Of a stretch of DNA of 64,000 nucleotides, positions 54,361 through 63,253 are shown piece by piece. A program made the position numbers and the translations under genes. Source of the DNA: an uncultured virus (IMG/VR IMGVR_UViG_3300021255_004486). Lineage: Duplodnaviria > Heunggongvirae > Uroviricota > Caudoviricetes. Location: the IMG/VR virus record IMGVR_UViG_3300021255_004486; one strand, written 5' to 3'. A model generated the notes under the pieces. That model was not told where the DNA came from. It was given only the letters and a program-made list of their open reading frames with translations, and did not search any database. How positions within the stretch are numbered: the first letter of the stretch is position 1; each line of letters starts with the position of its first letter.

Positions 54361-55497
54361 ATGAAAAGAAAAGTCGCTTTAGTTTTATCGCTGATTCTGT
54401 GTTTATCAAGCATCCTTACCGGATGCGGAAAGAAGCAGGCTGCTCCCGTCAGTGATGTCGCCACAGAAGAGCCCGCGCAGGCATCTGCGGAAGAGGAGTT
54501 CGTATTAGAGGATCAGATAGTCATATATGACAATCTAAGATTCCTAACGACAATCCTCGAAGGCGAAGATAAGTATACTATGACCGAGGAAATCATCGGC
54601 GACAACCTGTATTACAAGAAGGCACACGAGTTTAACAGCATCAATGTCTTATGTTTTAATGGCTCGACATACATTAAATTCGTGATCGGTGATGATTCAG
54701 CGAAGTTTAAGATAGCAGATACAGACAATTTTGTATATGAAGACGTGATCAAGGAATACAATACCATCGTATCGCTTATACAGAACAGCCAGTACGCAGG
54801 AGATGACAAAGATTACTGGGTATTTTACGCAAACAACAGCGAAGACACCGAGAATCTTGCAACCGGCATCTATTCGATAATCATACCAAAGGGCGCAGAT
54901 CCGTTTACCCCCACATCTATTCTGTACACGGAAAACGATGTGACGACAAAAGTAATCGATATAGAGTTTGCAGAAGCATTCTCAGCGGATAAACTGGATC
55001 TTATCGATTGTGTAGAGATAAGCAAAGAAGATTTTAACGCAGCTTACCACGCATTCACTTCACAGTCTTCACTTGTCAATTCAAAAGAGGATGCCACAAA
55101 GTTCCATGCATACCTTGAGAAGAAGTTTGGAGAAAATGCCGAATCAGAAGAGGTTGCAGAGGATGAAGATGGTGAAGCCGAAGATGCTGACACCAAAGAA
55201 GAGACCAAGGCTGACGAAGACAAGAAAGAGGATGCCAAGGCTGACGAGGATGCAGAGACAGAAGATGGCGAAGGCGATGAAGAAGCAGTAGAAGAGCCTG
55301 CAACCCCGCCGGTCAATGAATCACTTCTTACAAAGCTATTCATGCAAGTCATAAATGCTGACAGAGAAGTCCGCAAGGCTCAGATGATGGAAGAGCTTGA
55401 GAAGATGAATGAGCAGGAAGCCTTAGACGGCGAAGAGACAGAAGAAGCCGTTGCCGAGGAAGAGCCAAAAAAGGCAGACACAAAAGCCAAGGAATAA
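54361..55497 (+). CDS. Acidic lipoprotein
   Basis: MKRK + hydrophobic stretch + LTGC lipobox; start reassigned to 54361. Confidence 0.8.
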   Translation: MKRKVALVLSLILCLSSILTGCGKKQAAPVSDVATEEPAQASAEEEFVLEDQIVIYDNLRFLTTILEGEDKYTMTEEIIGDNLYYKKAHEFNSINVLCFNGSTYIKFVIGDDSAKFKIADTDNFVYEDVIKEYNTIVSLIQNSQYAGDDKDYWVFYANNSEDTENLATGIYSIIIPKGADPFTPTSILYTENDVTTKVIDIEFAEAFSADKLDLIDCVEISKEDFNAAYHAFTSQSSLVNSKEDATKFHAYLEKKFGENAESEEVAEDEDGEAEDADTKEETKADEDKKEDAKADEDAETEDGEGDEEAVEEPATPPVNESLLTKLFMQVINADREVRKAQMMEELEKMNEQEALDGEETEEAVAEEEPKKADTKAKE

Positions 55498-55684
55498 CCG
55501 GTTACACTTAATATTGATACACCCCGAGCTTTCTTGAATTCAAGAGTAGTTTGGGGTGTTTTACTGTCCGTTCAAGGTATAAAAAATTTCGTGTACAGAA
55601 AAGTGGCTTAGTCACTAAATCTTCCATACTTATAGTAAAATAGCAGTATGTACATAGTATATATAAATAGAGGAGAAGCCCAAT

Positions 55685-55939
55685 ATGACATACAAATCTT
55701 TTAATGTGTTTAACAAAAAAATATACATTCCTACGAACATAGTAAATGAATACAACTCACTGTGTGGAACCTTAGATGATAAGATCGTAGCCGGGTATGC
55801 CGACCTGGACGATCTAAATGAGAACAACACCAAAGAGGAAATAGAATCGGCAATAATCAATGCGTTAACAGAAGAAATTGCTATATACAAAAACCCCGAT
55901 TCTATAATCAATGCACTGTCACAAGAGGGCTATCTATGA
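55685..55939 (+). CDS. Hypothetical protein, paralog of 5364-5618
   Basis: Similarity seen by eye. Confidence 0.7.
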   Translation: MTYKSFNVFNKKIYIPTNIVNEYNSLCGTLDDKIVAGYADLDDLNENNTKEEIESAIINALTEEIAIYKNPDSIINALSQEGYL

Positions 55940-56400
55940 GCGATTACCAAGAGCGCGAGTTAGCTATATTGTTTCAGCATTTTACTATAAGAGCAGAATC
56001 CCATGAAGATTTACTTCGTAATAAAGATTCGATCAATAAAGCTGCTGAAAATCTGATTGATATGTTATCCATAATTCATAGTGATAACATAGATAATGCG
56101 CAAATAGGCATCATCAGACTTCCAAACAGACATTTCGCCATTATTGAGACATATAAAAATACACCTAATTCGCCACATTTATTGATATATGACTTAAATA
56201 CCAACTCATTCCTCCCTTTAACAGAAAAAGAATTATACAAGTTCAATGGAGCGGCGGGCGAGATTCTCAAACAAAAGTGTATCAACATCAATAAGGGATT
56301 ATGCCTTGAAGTCCAAAACAGAGAAGTAGTAAATAAGCTGAAAGCCAGTATTGATGAAAGAAATAAGGCATTAAGGGCAACCAGTTACTACTTGCGATAA
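55936..56400 (+). CDS. Hypothetical protein
   Basis: ATGA-coupled ORF. Confidence 0.65.
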   Translation: MSDYQERELAILFQHFTIRAESHEDLLRNKDSINKAAENLIDMLSIIHSDNIDNAQIGIIRLPNRHFAIIETYKNTPNSPHLLIYDLNTNSFLPLTEKELYKFNGAAGEILKQKCININKGLCLEVQNREVVNKLKASIDERNKALRATSYYLR

Positions 56401-56513
56401 TTTCTACTCCATATACAGTTCTACAGATGCCTCACCTTCGGGTGGGGCATTTATAATGCCCGCAAACTTCCATACTTTAATTATCAATAAATCTGTATAA
56501 AGGAGGATATCAA

Positions 56514-58328
56514 ATGAAGATTTTGAAACTTGAAACTGTTAATTTTATGGGACTTAAGGGTAGATTTGAATTTACCCCTGCCCATATCACCGCTCTTTGC
56601 GGTAAAAACGGCATTGGCAAGACAACCCTGCTTAACGCAGTACGTTTTGGCCTTACCGGAGCAGAGCCCGAAGGCGACGTGATCAACGCATCTTCTGATG
56701 AAATGAAGGTGTCTATCACTCTCAACGACACTGTTGGTGGAGAGGATGTTGAGTTTACCAGATACAAGCACAGGACAAAGCCGTCCAAGTGCATGATAAA
56801 TGGTAAGGCTACAACAATGAAGTCTATGAACGACAAGATCGAGTCGGTAATAGGCATAGACCTCGACAAGATCAAGGTTTTGTCATCATCAGAAGTCGTT
56901 GCAGCTATGAAGCCCCAGGAGTTTGCAGCCTTTATTCTTGACTACATCCCGGAAAAGATCAAGCTGTCACAGATTCTTGACCACATGCCCGATGCATCAA
57001 TGGGTATGGTTGAGATCCTTTCAGCCAATCTCCCCGAGGAGGACATCGAGATGTCTGACATCGATGAGTTTGCTGAGATAATCAAGGCAAACAGAAAAGA
57101 TGTTAAGGCACAGCTCGCATCCAAGAAACTCCTTCTTTCCGAGAAGCCCACTGAGGAGCCCGAGAAGAAGAGAGAAGATGTAGAAAGAGAGCTCAAAGAA
57201 CTCGATAATATCGAAGCGCAGGCAGAGATTTATCGGGTAAAGAAGGCAGCATACGACAAGGCAGTAGAAAGCGCCAACAAGCAGAAGGAGCTGATCGCAT
57301 CTCTTGAGAGCGAGGCAGAAGCAATAAAATGCGAACGCCCCAATCCTGTAGAGGTAGAGAATGCCAAGAAGTCCGTTGCAGACTTGGAGGTTTCTATAAG
57401 GAATCAGCAGACCGCTATAAACGGCGTAAATTCAGCTCTCACACAGCTTCGCATTACCCGTGAAGCTCTTGAGAAGCCCATCTGCCCGATATCTCCGTTA
57501 ATCACTTGTCACCAGGATAAAACCGTGGCAAAGGAGGAGATCCAGGAATCTATCGAGTCCTCTGAAGCGGGGCTTGTATCTCTTAATGAAGAGCTTGAGA
57601 AGACCACTCGTTCTTATGAGGTGGCAAAAGAGGCAGTAGCCAATCTTAACGCCCTCTCTGTAAAGTACGAGAAATACATCTCACTTCGTAAGCAGATAAA
57701 GACTTTGGAAGATTCCAAGGTTGAGATTCCTGCAATGCCGGAAGCTCCCGACACAGCCGATGTATCGGAGCGCAAAGAGACACTTAAGAGAGCTCTTAAG
57801 GGGATCGAAGAGTATGAGGAAGGCTTAAGGCTCGCAGAGCAGATCAAGGTACTTGAAGAGAACGTATCCGACCTTGAGAGGCTTGTAAAAGCCTTCGCCG
57901 ACAAGGGCCCGGTTAGAATCGGTATCATCCAGTCGTACCTGGGAGTATTTACCGATATCTGTAATGAACGTAGTGCACATTGCAGACCGGAGATACAGTT
58001 CGACTTCCGCTCAGAAGACGGAGTAAAGGTTTATATGTCGAATGACAAGGGCGAGTTCCTTGCATACGAGAACCTCTCTGGCGGAGAAAAGGCATACATG
58101 TTGTTCATCATTATTGATATGCTCAACTCCCTTTGCGGAACAAGACTGCTGTTCTTGGACGAACTTTCGGTTCTCGATACCGGATGCTTTGATTCTCTCT
58201 TGGGAATCATCCAGGCATACTCTGCTGATTATGACCACATCTTTGTGGCAGCAGTAGATCACCCGGACACCGTGGCAAGTTTTGCAGATAAGGAGATTCC
58301 TATCTTCACGCCTGTAGCGGTAGCCTAA
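56514..58328 (+). CDS. SbcC/Rad50-like ATPase
   Basis: GKNGIGKT, coiled coil with CPI...C hook-like motif, LSGGE, FLDE. Confidence 0.85.
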   Translation: MKILKLETVNFMGLKGRFEFTPAHITALCGKNGIGKTTLLNAVRFGLTGAEPEGDVINASSDEMKVSITLNDTVGGEDVEFTRYKHRTKPSKCMINGKATTMKSMNDKIESVIGIDLDKIKVLSSSEVVAAMKPQEFAAFILDYIPEKIKLSQILDHMPDASMGMVEILSANLPEEDIEMSDIDEFAEIIKANRKDVKAQLASKKLLLSEKPTEEPEKKREDVERELKELDNIEAQAEIYRVKKAAYDKAVESANKQKELIASLESEAEAIKCERPNPVEVENAKKSVADLEVSIRNQQTAINGVNSALTQLRITREALEKPICPISPLITCHQDKTVAKEEIQESIESSEAGLVSLNEELEKTTRSYEVAKEAVANLNALSVKYEKYISLRKQIKTLEDSKVEIPAMPEAPDTADVSERKETLKRALKGIEEYEEGLRLAEQIKVLEENVSDLERLVKAFADKGPVRIGIIQSYLGVFTDICNERSAHCRPEIQFDFRSEDGVKVYMSNDKGEFLAYENLSGGEKAYMLFIIIDMLNSLCGTRLLFLDELSVLDTGCFDSLLGIIQAYSADYDHIFVAAVDHPDTVASFADKEIPIFTPVAVA

Positions 58329-58426
58329 ATCTTCATAAAAGAAGCGTCGGAATTTGAGTTTATCACTCATTTTCCGGCGTTTTTCTTTGGAAATATATAA
58401 ATGCCTAAACTTTTATCGTAACACTA

Positions 58427-58455
58427 TTGACTCTTCTTTGTAAAATTGCTATGTT
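58427..58455 (+). promoter_or_regulatory. SigA-type promoter for sigma-factor operon
   Basis: TTGACT-17bp-TATGTT with TG extension. Confidence 0.55.
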
Positions 58456-58750
58456 AGAAGTAGTTCGTGAACGCAAACAATTCATACATTTGGAATCAGC
58501 ATTATAGCTCTATTATTCTCCGCTTTTTCTAACATCTTTAACGTATGAACGTTAACAGATGAAAAGGAGGATAATATGAAGAGTCTCAAAAATCTTGAAA
58601 TCAATACCTCTTCTTCGTCCGTGGAGATATTCAACTCATTGGAAGATGAAACACCAACATCTTTTGATGAGGCACTTCGCACGATAGAAGCGATTGAATG
58701 TGTCCGAAACAATGTCCCTATCATTGAGCGCATTAGAGAGGAGGTATCTT

Positions 58751-59632
58751 ATGACGAAAGCACAGCTCAAAAAGAACTCAAAAGAGATTGAGATTGAGAT
58801 GTATGAACGCTATAAGGCGGGTAAAATAAGCAAAGACGAGTACACAATGTGGATGCTTGACCTGCTTTCGAATTACATCAAATCAAGGATCTCAAACATG
58901 CCACACAAGTATTATGAAGACTTATATGTGGCAGGGCAGTCAGCGATTATCGCGCAGATCGATAAGTATGACCCGCATGCAGCTCGTCCGACATCGTATT
59001 TCACATCTTATATAGATGAATATACGCATACGGAGCTTCGTGATCAGACAGGGTTGACGACTCAGCATTATGAGACGAACAGACAGCGTCTTAAAAAGGC
59101 TGCAAGAGAGTATGGGTATGAGGGGCTTAATGATCCCAACCTTACTCCGGAAACACTGCACATTATAAGCGGTGTTGCCTTAAAGACTGTTTGCGAGTGC
59201 CTCATAATTGACGGCGTGATTGTCGATTCACTTGAGGCTTGTTCGGAAAACCAGGATTATATGGGAACATATAAGACACCCGAACAGGCGGTAATGGAGA
59301 AGCAGTCAAGTGATTTCCTTGAGTCACAGCTTAAGAAGTGTACGCCACTTGAGCGTTTCTTGCTTGAAGAGCGTGTTATGAGTGATGAACCGGAGTCGTT
59401 CAGATCACTTGTAATAATGCTTAAGCAGCCCGAATGGAGAGAGTTCTTTAAGAACGAGCTTCCAAACGGCGTTGACCAGGTGACACTTGAGCAGAAGCTC
59501 AACCATGCACTCAGACGCATTCAGCAGAACACGTCAACAAAGAAGTTCGCCTATGTAAACGGCGTTGATAACTTCACCGAACAGATATCTGCCTATGATA
59601 TCGACGAGGCTTTTGCTGAAGGTGTAATCTAA
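58751..59632 (+). CDS. Sigma-70 family RNA polymerase sigma factor (divergent)
   Basis: Region-2-like EDLYVAGQSAIIAQIDKYDP...TSYFTSYI; region 3/4-like segments; GAGGAGG RBS. Confidence 0.75.
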   Translation: MTKAQLKKNSKEIEIEMYERYKAGKISKDEYTMWMLDLLSNYIKSRISNMPHKYYEDLYVAGQSAIIAQIDKYDPHAARPTSYFTSYIDEYTHTELRDQTGLTTQHYETNRQRLKKAAREYGYEGLNDPNLTPETLHIISGVALKTVCECLIIDGVIVDSLEACSENQDYMGTYKTPEQAVMEKQSSDFLESQLKKCTPLERFLLEERVMSDEPESFRSLVIMLKQPEWREFFKNELPNGVDQVTLEQKLNHALRRIQQNTSTKKFAYVNGVDNFTEQISAYDIDEAFAEGVI

Positions 59633-59785
59633 GAACTTCATATTAAAGACAAAGCTCGGGTTATCCCGGGCTTTTTCTTGTTTAACCCAAATCCTGCATT
59701 ATTATATTTTTTCGTGTACAGAAAATTGACATAAATCCCCATTCTTACATACTATATATAGAAGGGTTAATACTTGGAGGTATAT

Positions 59786-60481
59786 ATGTTAAAGGTAATA
59801 CTGATAATCTTCATAATCTGCTTTTTGATCGGTGTATTCATAGCACTGTTTACAGATCCAGATAAGAAGGCGGAAAAAGAAAAGAAGAAGGCAGGCGACA
59901 GATACGAAAAGCTTGTTGCCGGCAAATTTGAAGACGTATTTAAGCACCGCCCGATAAGAAATGTGTTGCTTGATACTGAAAATGGTGATACGGAAGTGGA
60001 TATGATCGTCGTTGATAGAAAAGGCATATTCAGTATTGAGTGTAAGCACATCAACGATATGGTATTCGGAAGCCTTACAGATTCTATGTGGAAGAAAGCC
60101 GGCGTTGACAAGGAACCGCTGCACAACCCAATAATGCAGAATAAGGGGCATATAAAGAGTATCGAGGAATACTTAGGCGTAAAAGACGTAATGAATGTAG
60201 TGGTTACCTCCGCAGAGTTCGTATTCTCATATTTTGGAAATGAAATACATACACATAATGGCGACAACATAGCTTATATCCCAGGTGAGCATGCAGCGCT
60301 TATAAAGCAGGAAGATTACGGCAAGAACAATATCAAGCTCCTCAAGAAGATGCTTAAGGATGCTCCCGATGTATATACCGAAGAAGAAGTAAAGGAATTC
60401 ATATCGAAGTTATCAGCAAAAGTCGGCACAAAAGAGCAGCTTAAAGAACACGCCGAACGCATCAAAAGTACATATCAGTAA
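59786..60481 (+). CDS. Membrane-anchored NERD-domain nuclease-like protein
   Basis: TEVDMIVV..GIFSIECK, NPIMQNKGH; N-terminal TM segment. Confidence 0.8.
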   Translation: MLKVILIIFIICFLIGVFIALFTDPDKKAEKEKKKAGDRYEKLVAGKFEDVFKHRPIRNVLLDTENGDTEVDMIVVDRKGIFSIECKHINDMVFGSLTDSMWKKAGVDKEPLHNPIMQNKGHIKSIEEYLGVKDVMNVVVTSAEFVFSYFGNEIHTHNGDNIAYIPGEHAALIKQEDYGKNNIKLLKKMLKDAPDVYTEEEVKEFISKLSAKVGTKEQLKEHAERIKSTYQ

Positions 60482-60597
60482 ATCAGATCATCACCGGGGC
60501 TTTATCCGAATTCGGGTAGAGCCCTTATTTTTTATCTATTTTTCTGCATTTCTTTCACTTTTTATGTATCAAATAACACCTGGAAGGAGGAAATGAT

Positions 60598-61812
60598 ATG
60601 GATACATTCACAATCGCTGACGTGGCGCACATACATGGTATAGCACCACTTAAGCAAAACGGCGGAGAAGTCTTCGCTGTATGTCCTTTCTGCGGAGACG
60701 CACGAGGCAAATTCTCTTATGTAATAGAAAAGGGTAGTAAGAGAAATATCTACAACTGCTTCGTATGCGGAGCTCACGGAGATTCTATCGACCTACATAT
60801 CAACCTCTCAACAGGTGATTATGCAGGTTCAGATGGCAGGAAGAGAGCAGCCCGCGATATATTTCACGAGATAAACGGTGACAACAGCCTTGCAGATTTT
60901 CATAGAGCAATGGCAGAAAGCATCAAGATCGTGAACGAAGTAGAGAGATCTTCTGATGAAGCATGCTCTAAAGTATATTACGCGCTACTGCGTAAACTCG
61001 TCTTAAATCATTCCCACAAGGAAGATTTACTGAGGCGAGGACTTACAGAAGAGCAGATAAAGAGATTTCTCTTTAAGTCGGTGCCCACAAGGGAAGAGAA
61101 GTACCGCATTTGCAAAGAGCTTACAAATGAAGGATACTCACTCTTTGGTGTTCCCGGTTTTTATACTAACAAGTATGGAAAATGGGATATCAAGTTCCCC
61201 GGGGACGGATACCTTTGCCCGGTATATGACGGAGAAAGAAATCTGATACTTGGATTTCAAGTACGGATGGACAATCCCAAGAACGGAACAAAGTATCTGT
61301 GGCTGTCTTCATCGGGCCGTGAAAATGGCGTAGGGAGCGGTTCTCCCTCGACATATCTTCCCGGAAGGGACGATAAAACCGTGGTCGTGACCGAAGGAAT
61401 CCTTAAGGCAACAGTGGTTTACTGTTTGCTTAACGGAGAAGTCTCCGTGATAGGAGTTCCCGGGGTAAACTCAATCTCTGGATGTAAAGATTATCTTCAT
61501 CGCTTTGGTGGAGATGCATTCATTCTTGAGTGTTACGACATGGATCGCCTTGCAGATCCCGGCGATGATGCTGAAAAGGCATTCAAGATCGAGAAGTTAA
61601 ACCAGGCCTGGGAAAATCTCTGTACACTGATTTCTGAATATAACCTCCCTTATCACAATATGAAATGGGATGTTACGGAAGATAAGTGGAACGGAGAGTA
61701 CAAAGGGCTTGATGATTTTCTCTTTGATTACCCTTATCGAGAGAAATTCCTTGCTTATATCCAGAATATGAGCAAAAAAGAACTGGGGTTAAGACATTTC
61801 CTCAGTGAATAA
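60598..61812 (+). CDS. DNA primase (Zn-finger + Toprim)
   Basis: CPFCGD...CFVCG, VTEGILKA, YDMD, KGLDD. Confidence 0.82.
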   Translation: MDTFTIADVAHIHGIAPLKQNGGEVFAVCPFCGDARGKFSYVIEKGSKRNIYNCFVCGAHGDSIDLHINLSTGDYAGSDGRKRAARDIFHEINGDNSLADFHRAMAESIKIVNEVERSSDEACSKVYYALLRKLVLNHSHKEDLLRRGLTEEQIKRFLFKSVPTREEKYRICKELTNEGYSLFGVPGFYTNKYGKWDIKFPGDGYLCPVYDGERNLILGFQVRMDNPKNGTKYLWLSSSGRENGVGSGSPSTYLPGRDDKTVVVTEGILKATVVYCLLNGEVSVIGVPGVNSISGCKDYLHRFGGDAFILECYDMDRLADPGDDAEKAFKIEKLNQAWENLCTLISEYNLPYHNMKWDVTEDKWNGEYKGLDDFLFDYPYREKFLAYIQNMSKKELGLRHFLSE

Positions 61813-61939
61813 TTATCCAATCAGACACAGGCTCCGGGCGCGCTTACCATTCGCACGTTCGGGGTTTGTTTTTGCCTATATTTTAGATAAACTAACATAC
61901 TTATATTACCAAAAATACTGTTAAGGAGGATAAATAAAC

Positions 61940-63238
61940 ATGGAGAGATTCACAACATCACTACATACCCACGTGCGTTCGCTTTACGATGCTGACATAG
62001 ATGCCCAGGCACTATGCAGTCGCATAAAGGAACTGGGTGGGAAAGGATGCGCCATTACGGATCACGGCGTATTGTCCTCTATCGAAGACTATCGACGAGT
62101 GTTCGAGGCGAATGAGTTAAAACTCATTCCCGGAGTCGAGCTTTATGTAGACGGTGGAATACTTGGCAGACTGCATCTTGTAGTTTTAGCTAAGAACGAC
62201 CACGGCTATAAAGGCATCTCAAAGATGGTCACAGAGTCAAACAAGACTCTCGATGGAGAATTCCCTGTAATCTCACAGGACACACTCTTTTCCATTATGA
62301 AAGAGTACAAAGGCGATGTATTCGCGCTCTCTGCATGTATGCAGGGCGTTATATCGGCAATCTTTTTGCTTAATAACGTTGTACAGAAGAAGATGGATAA
62401 GATAAGGGATAAGCAAAGTAAATACATTGCTCCCATGTCTGAACGTGAGATGGAAGGGGAGGCCGAGTTTGAAAAAGCCGGTCTTGAGCTTGACAGACTT
62501 ACCCTCTTAAGGGATGAGACCAAGGCTAAAGCCGAGGCCAAGTTCGTACAAAGAGAAAAGGCTGTAGAGAAGCTCGAAAAAGCGTGCGATCCGTCCGCAG
62601 CAGATGCTCGTGCAGAACTTGAATCTGACAAGATAGCATCAGAAGAGGCAAAAGCCAATCTTGATGGTATTAAGAAAGAGGTAGAGGCTGCAAAGAAGAG
62701 GCTTTCAAAGGCCAAATCTGAGCTTAAGGACATCAACGAGTCTATAGAGAAGTATGTAGCCTTGGATGATGAGATGGCCGAGCTTAAGAAAGAGCTTAAA
62801 TCAGACGAAGAGCTGATGGCGCTCGCAAGAAAGACCGCGGAGGCTTACGTATCCGCATTTGGCAAGCAGCATTTCCTTGCCGAGATTCAGTATCATGGCA
62901 TACCCGAAGAAGCCGTGTGCTTCCCGAAGGTTGTCGAAGTCGCAAAGGAAATGGGATTACCGATCGTAGCAACCAACGATGTTCACATCTTGAACAATAC
63001 ACCCGAAGAACGCTTAAAGAGACAGCTTTTGCGCTCACTGCGATTCGGCGAGACGTTTGAAGAAGAAAACGTTGGTGATGGGGAATTATATCTTAAAGAC
63101 AACTACGAGCTGAAAGATGCTTTAGTCAAGATACTCCCCGAAGATTTGGTAGAAAACGCTATTAAGAATATCGATGTCGTTTTCAATGCTTGCAATGTGG
63201 AATTTGTCACCGGCAAGCATTATCCCAAGTTCAAATAA
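61940..63238 (+). CDS. dnaE: DnaE N-terminal part (PHP domain with coiled-coil insertion)
   Basis: LHTH...SLYD, AITDHG, GVE, HLVVLAKN, LSAC, ATNDVH. Confidence 0.85.
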   Translation: MERFTTSLHTHVRSLYDADIDAQALCSRIKELGGKGCAITDHGVLSSIEDYRRVFEANELKLIPGVELYVDGGILGRLHLVVLAKNDHGYKGISKMVTESNKTLDGEFPVISQDTLFSIMKEYKGDVFALSACMQGVISAIFLLNNVVQKKMDKIRDKQSKYIAPMSEREMEGEAEFEKAGLELDRLTLLRDETKAKAEAKFVQREKAVEKLEKACDPSAADARAELESDKIASEEAKANLDGIKKEVEAAKKRLSKAKSELKDINESIEKYVALDDEMAELKKELKSDEELMALARKTAEAYVSAFGKQHFLAEIQYHGIPEEAVCFPKVVEVAKEMGLPIVATNDVHILNNTPEERLKRQLLRSLRFGETFEEENVGDGELYLKDNYELKDALVKILPEDLVENAIKNIDVVFNACNVEFVTGKHYPKFK

Positions 63239-63253
63239 CTTGGAGGAATAAAA

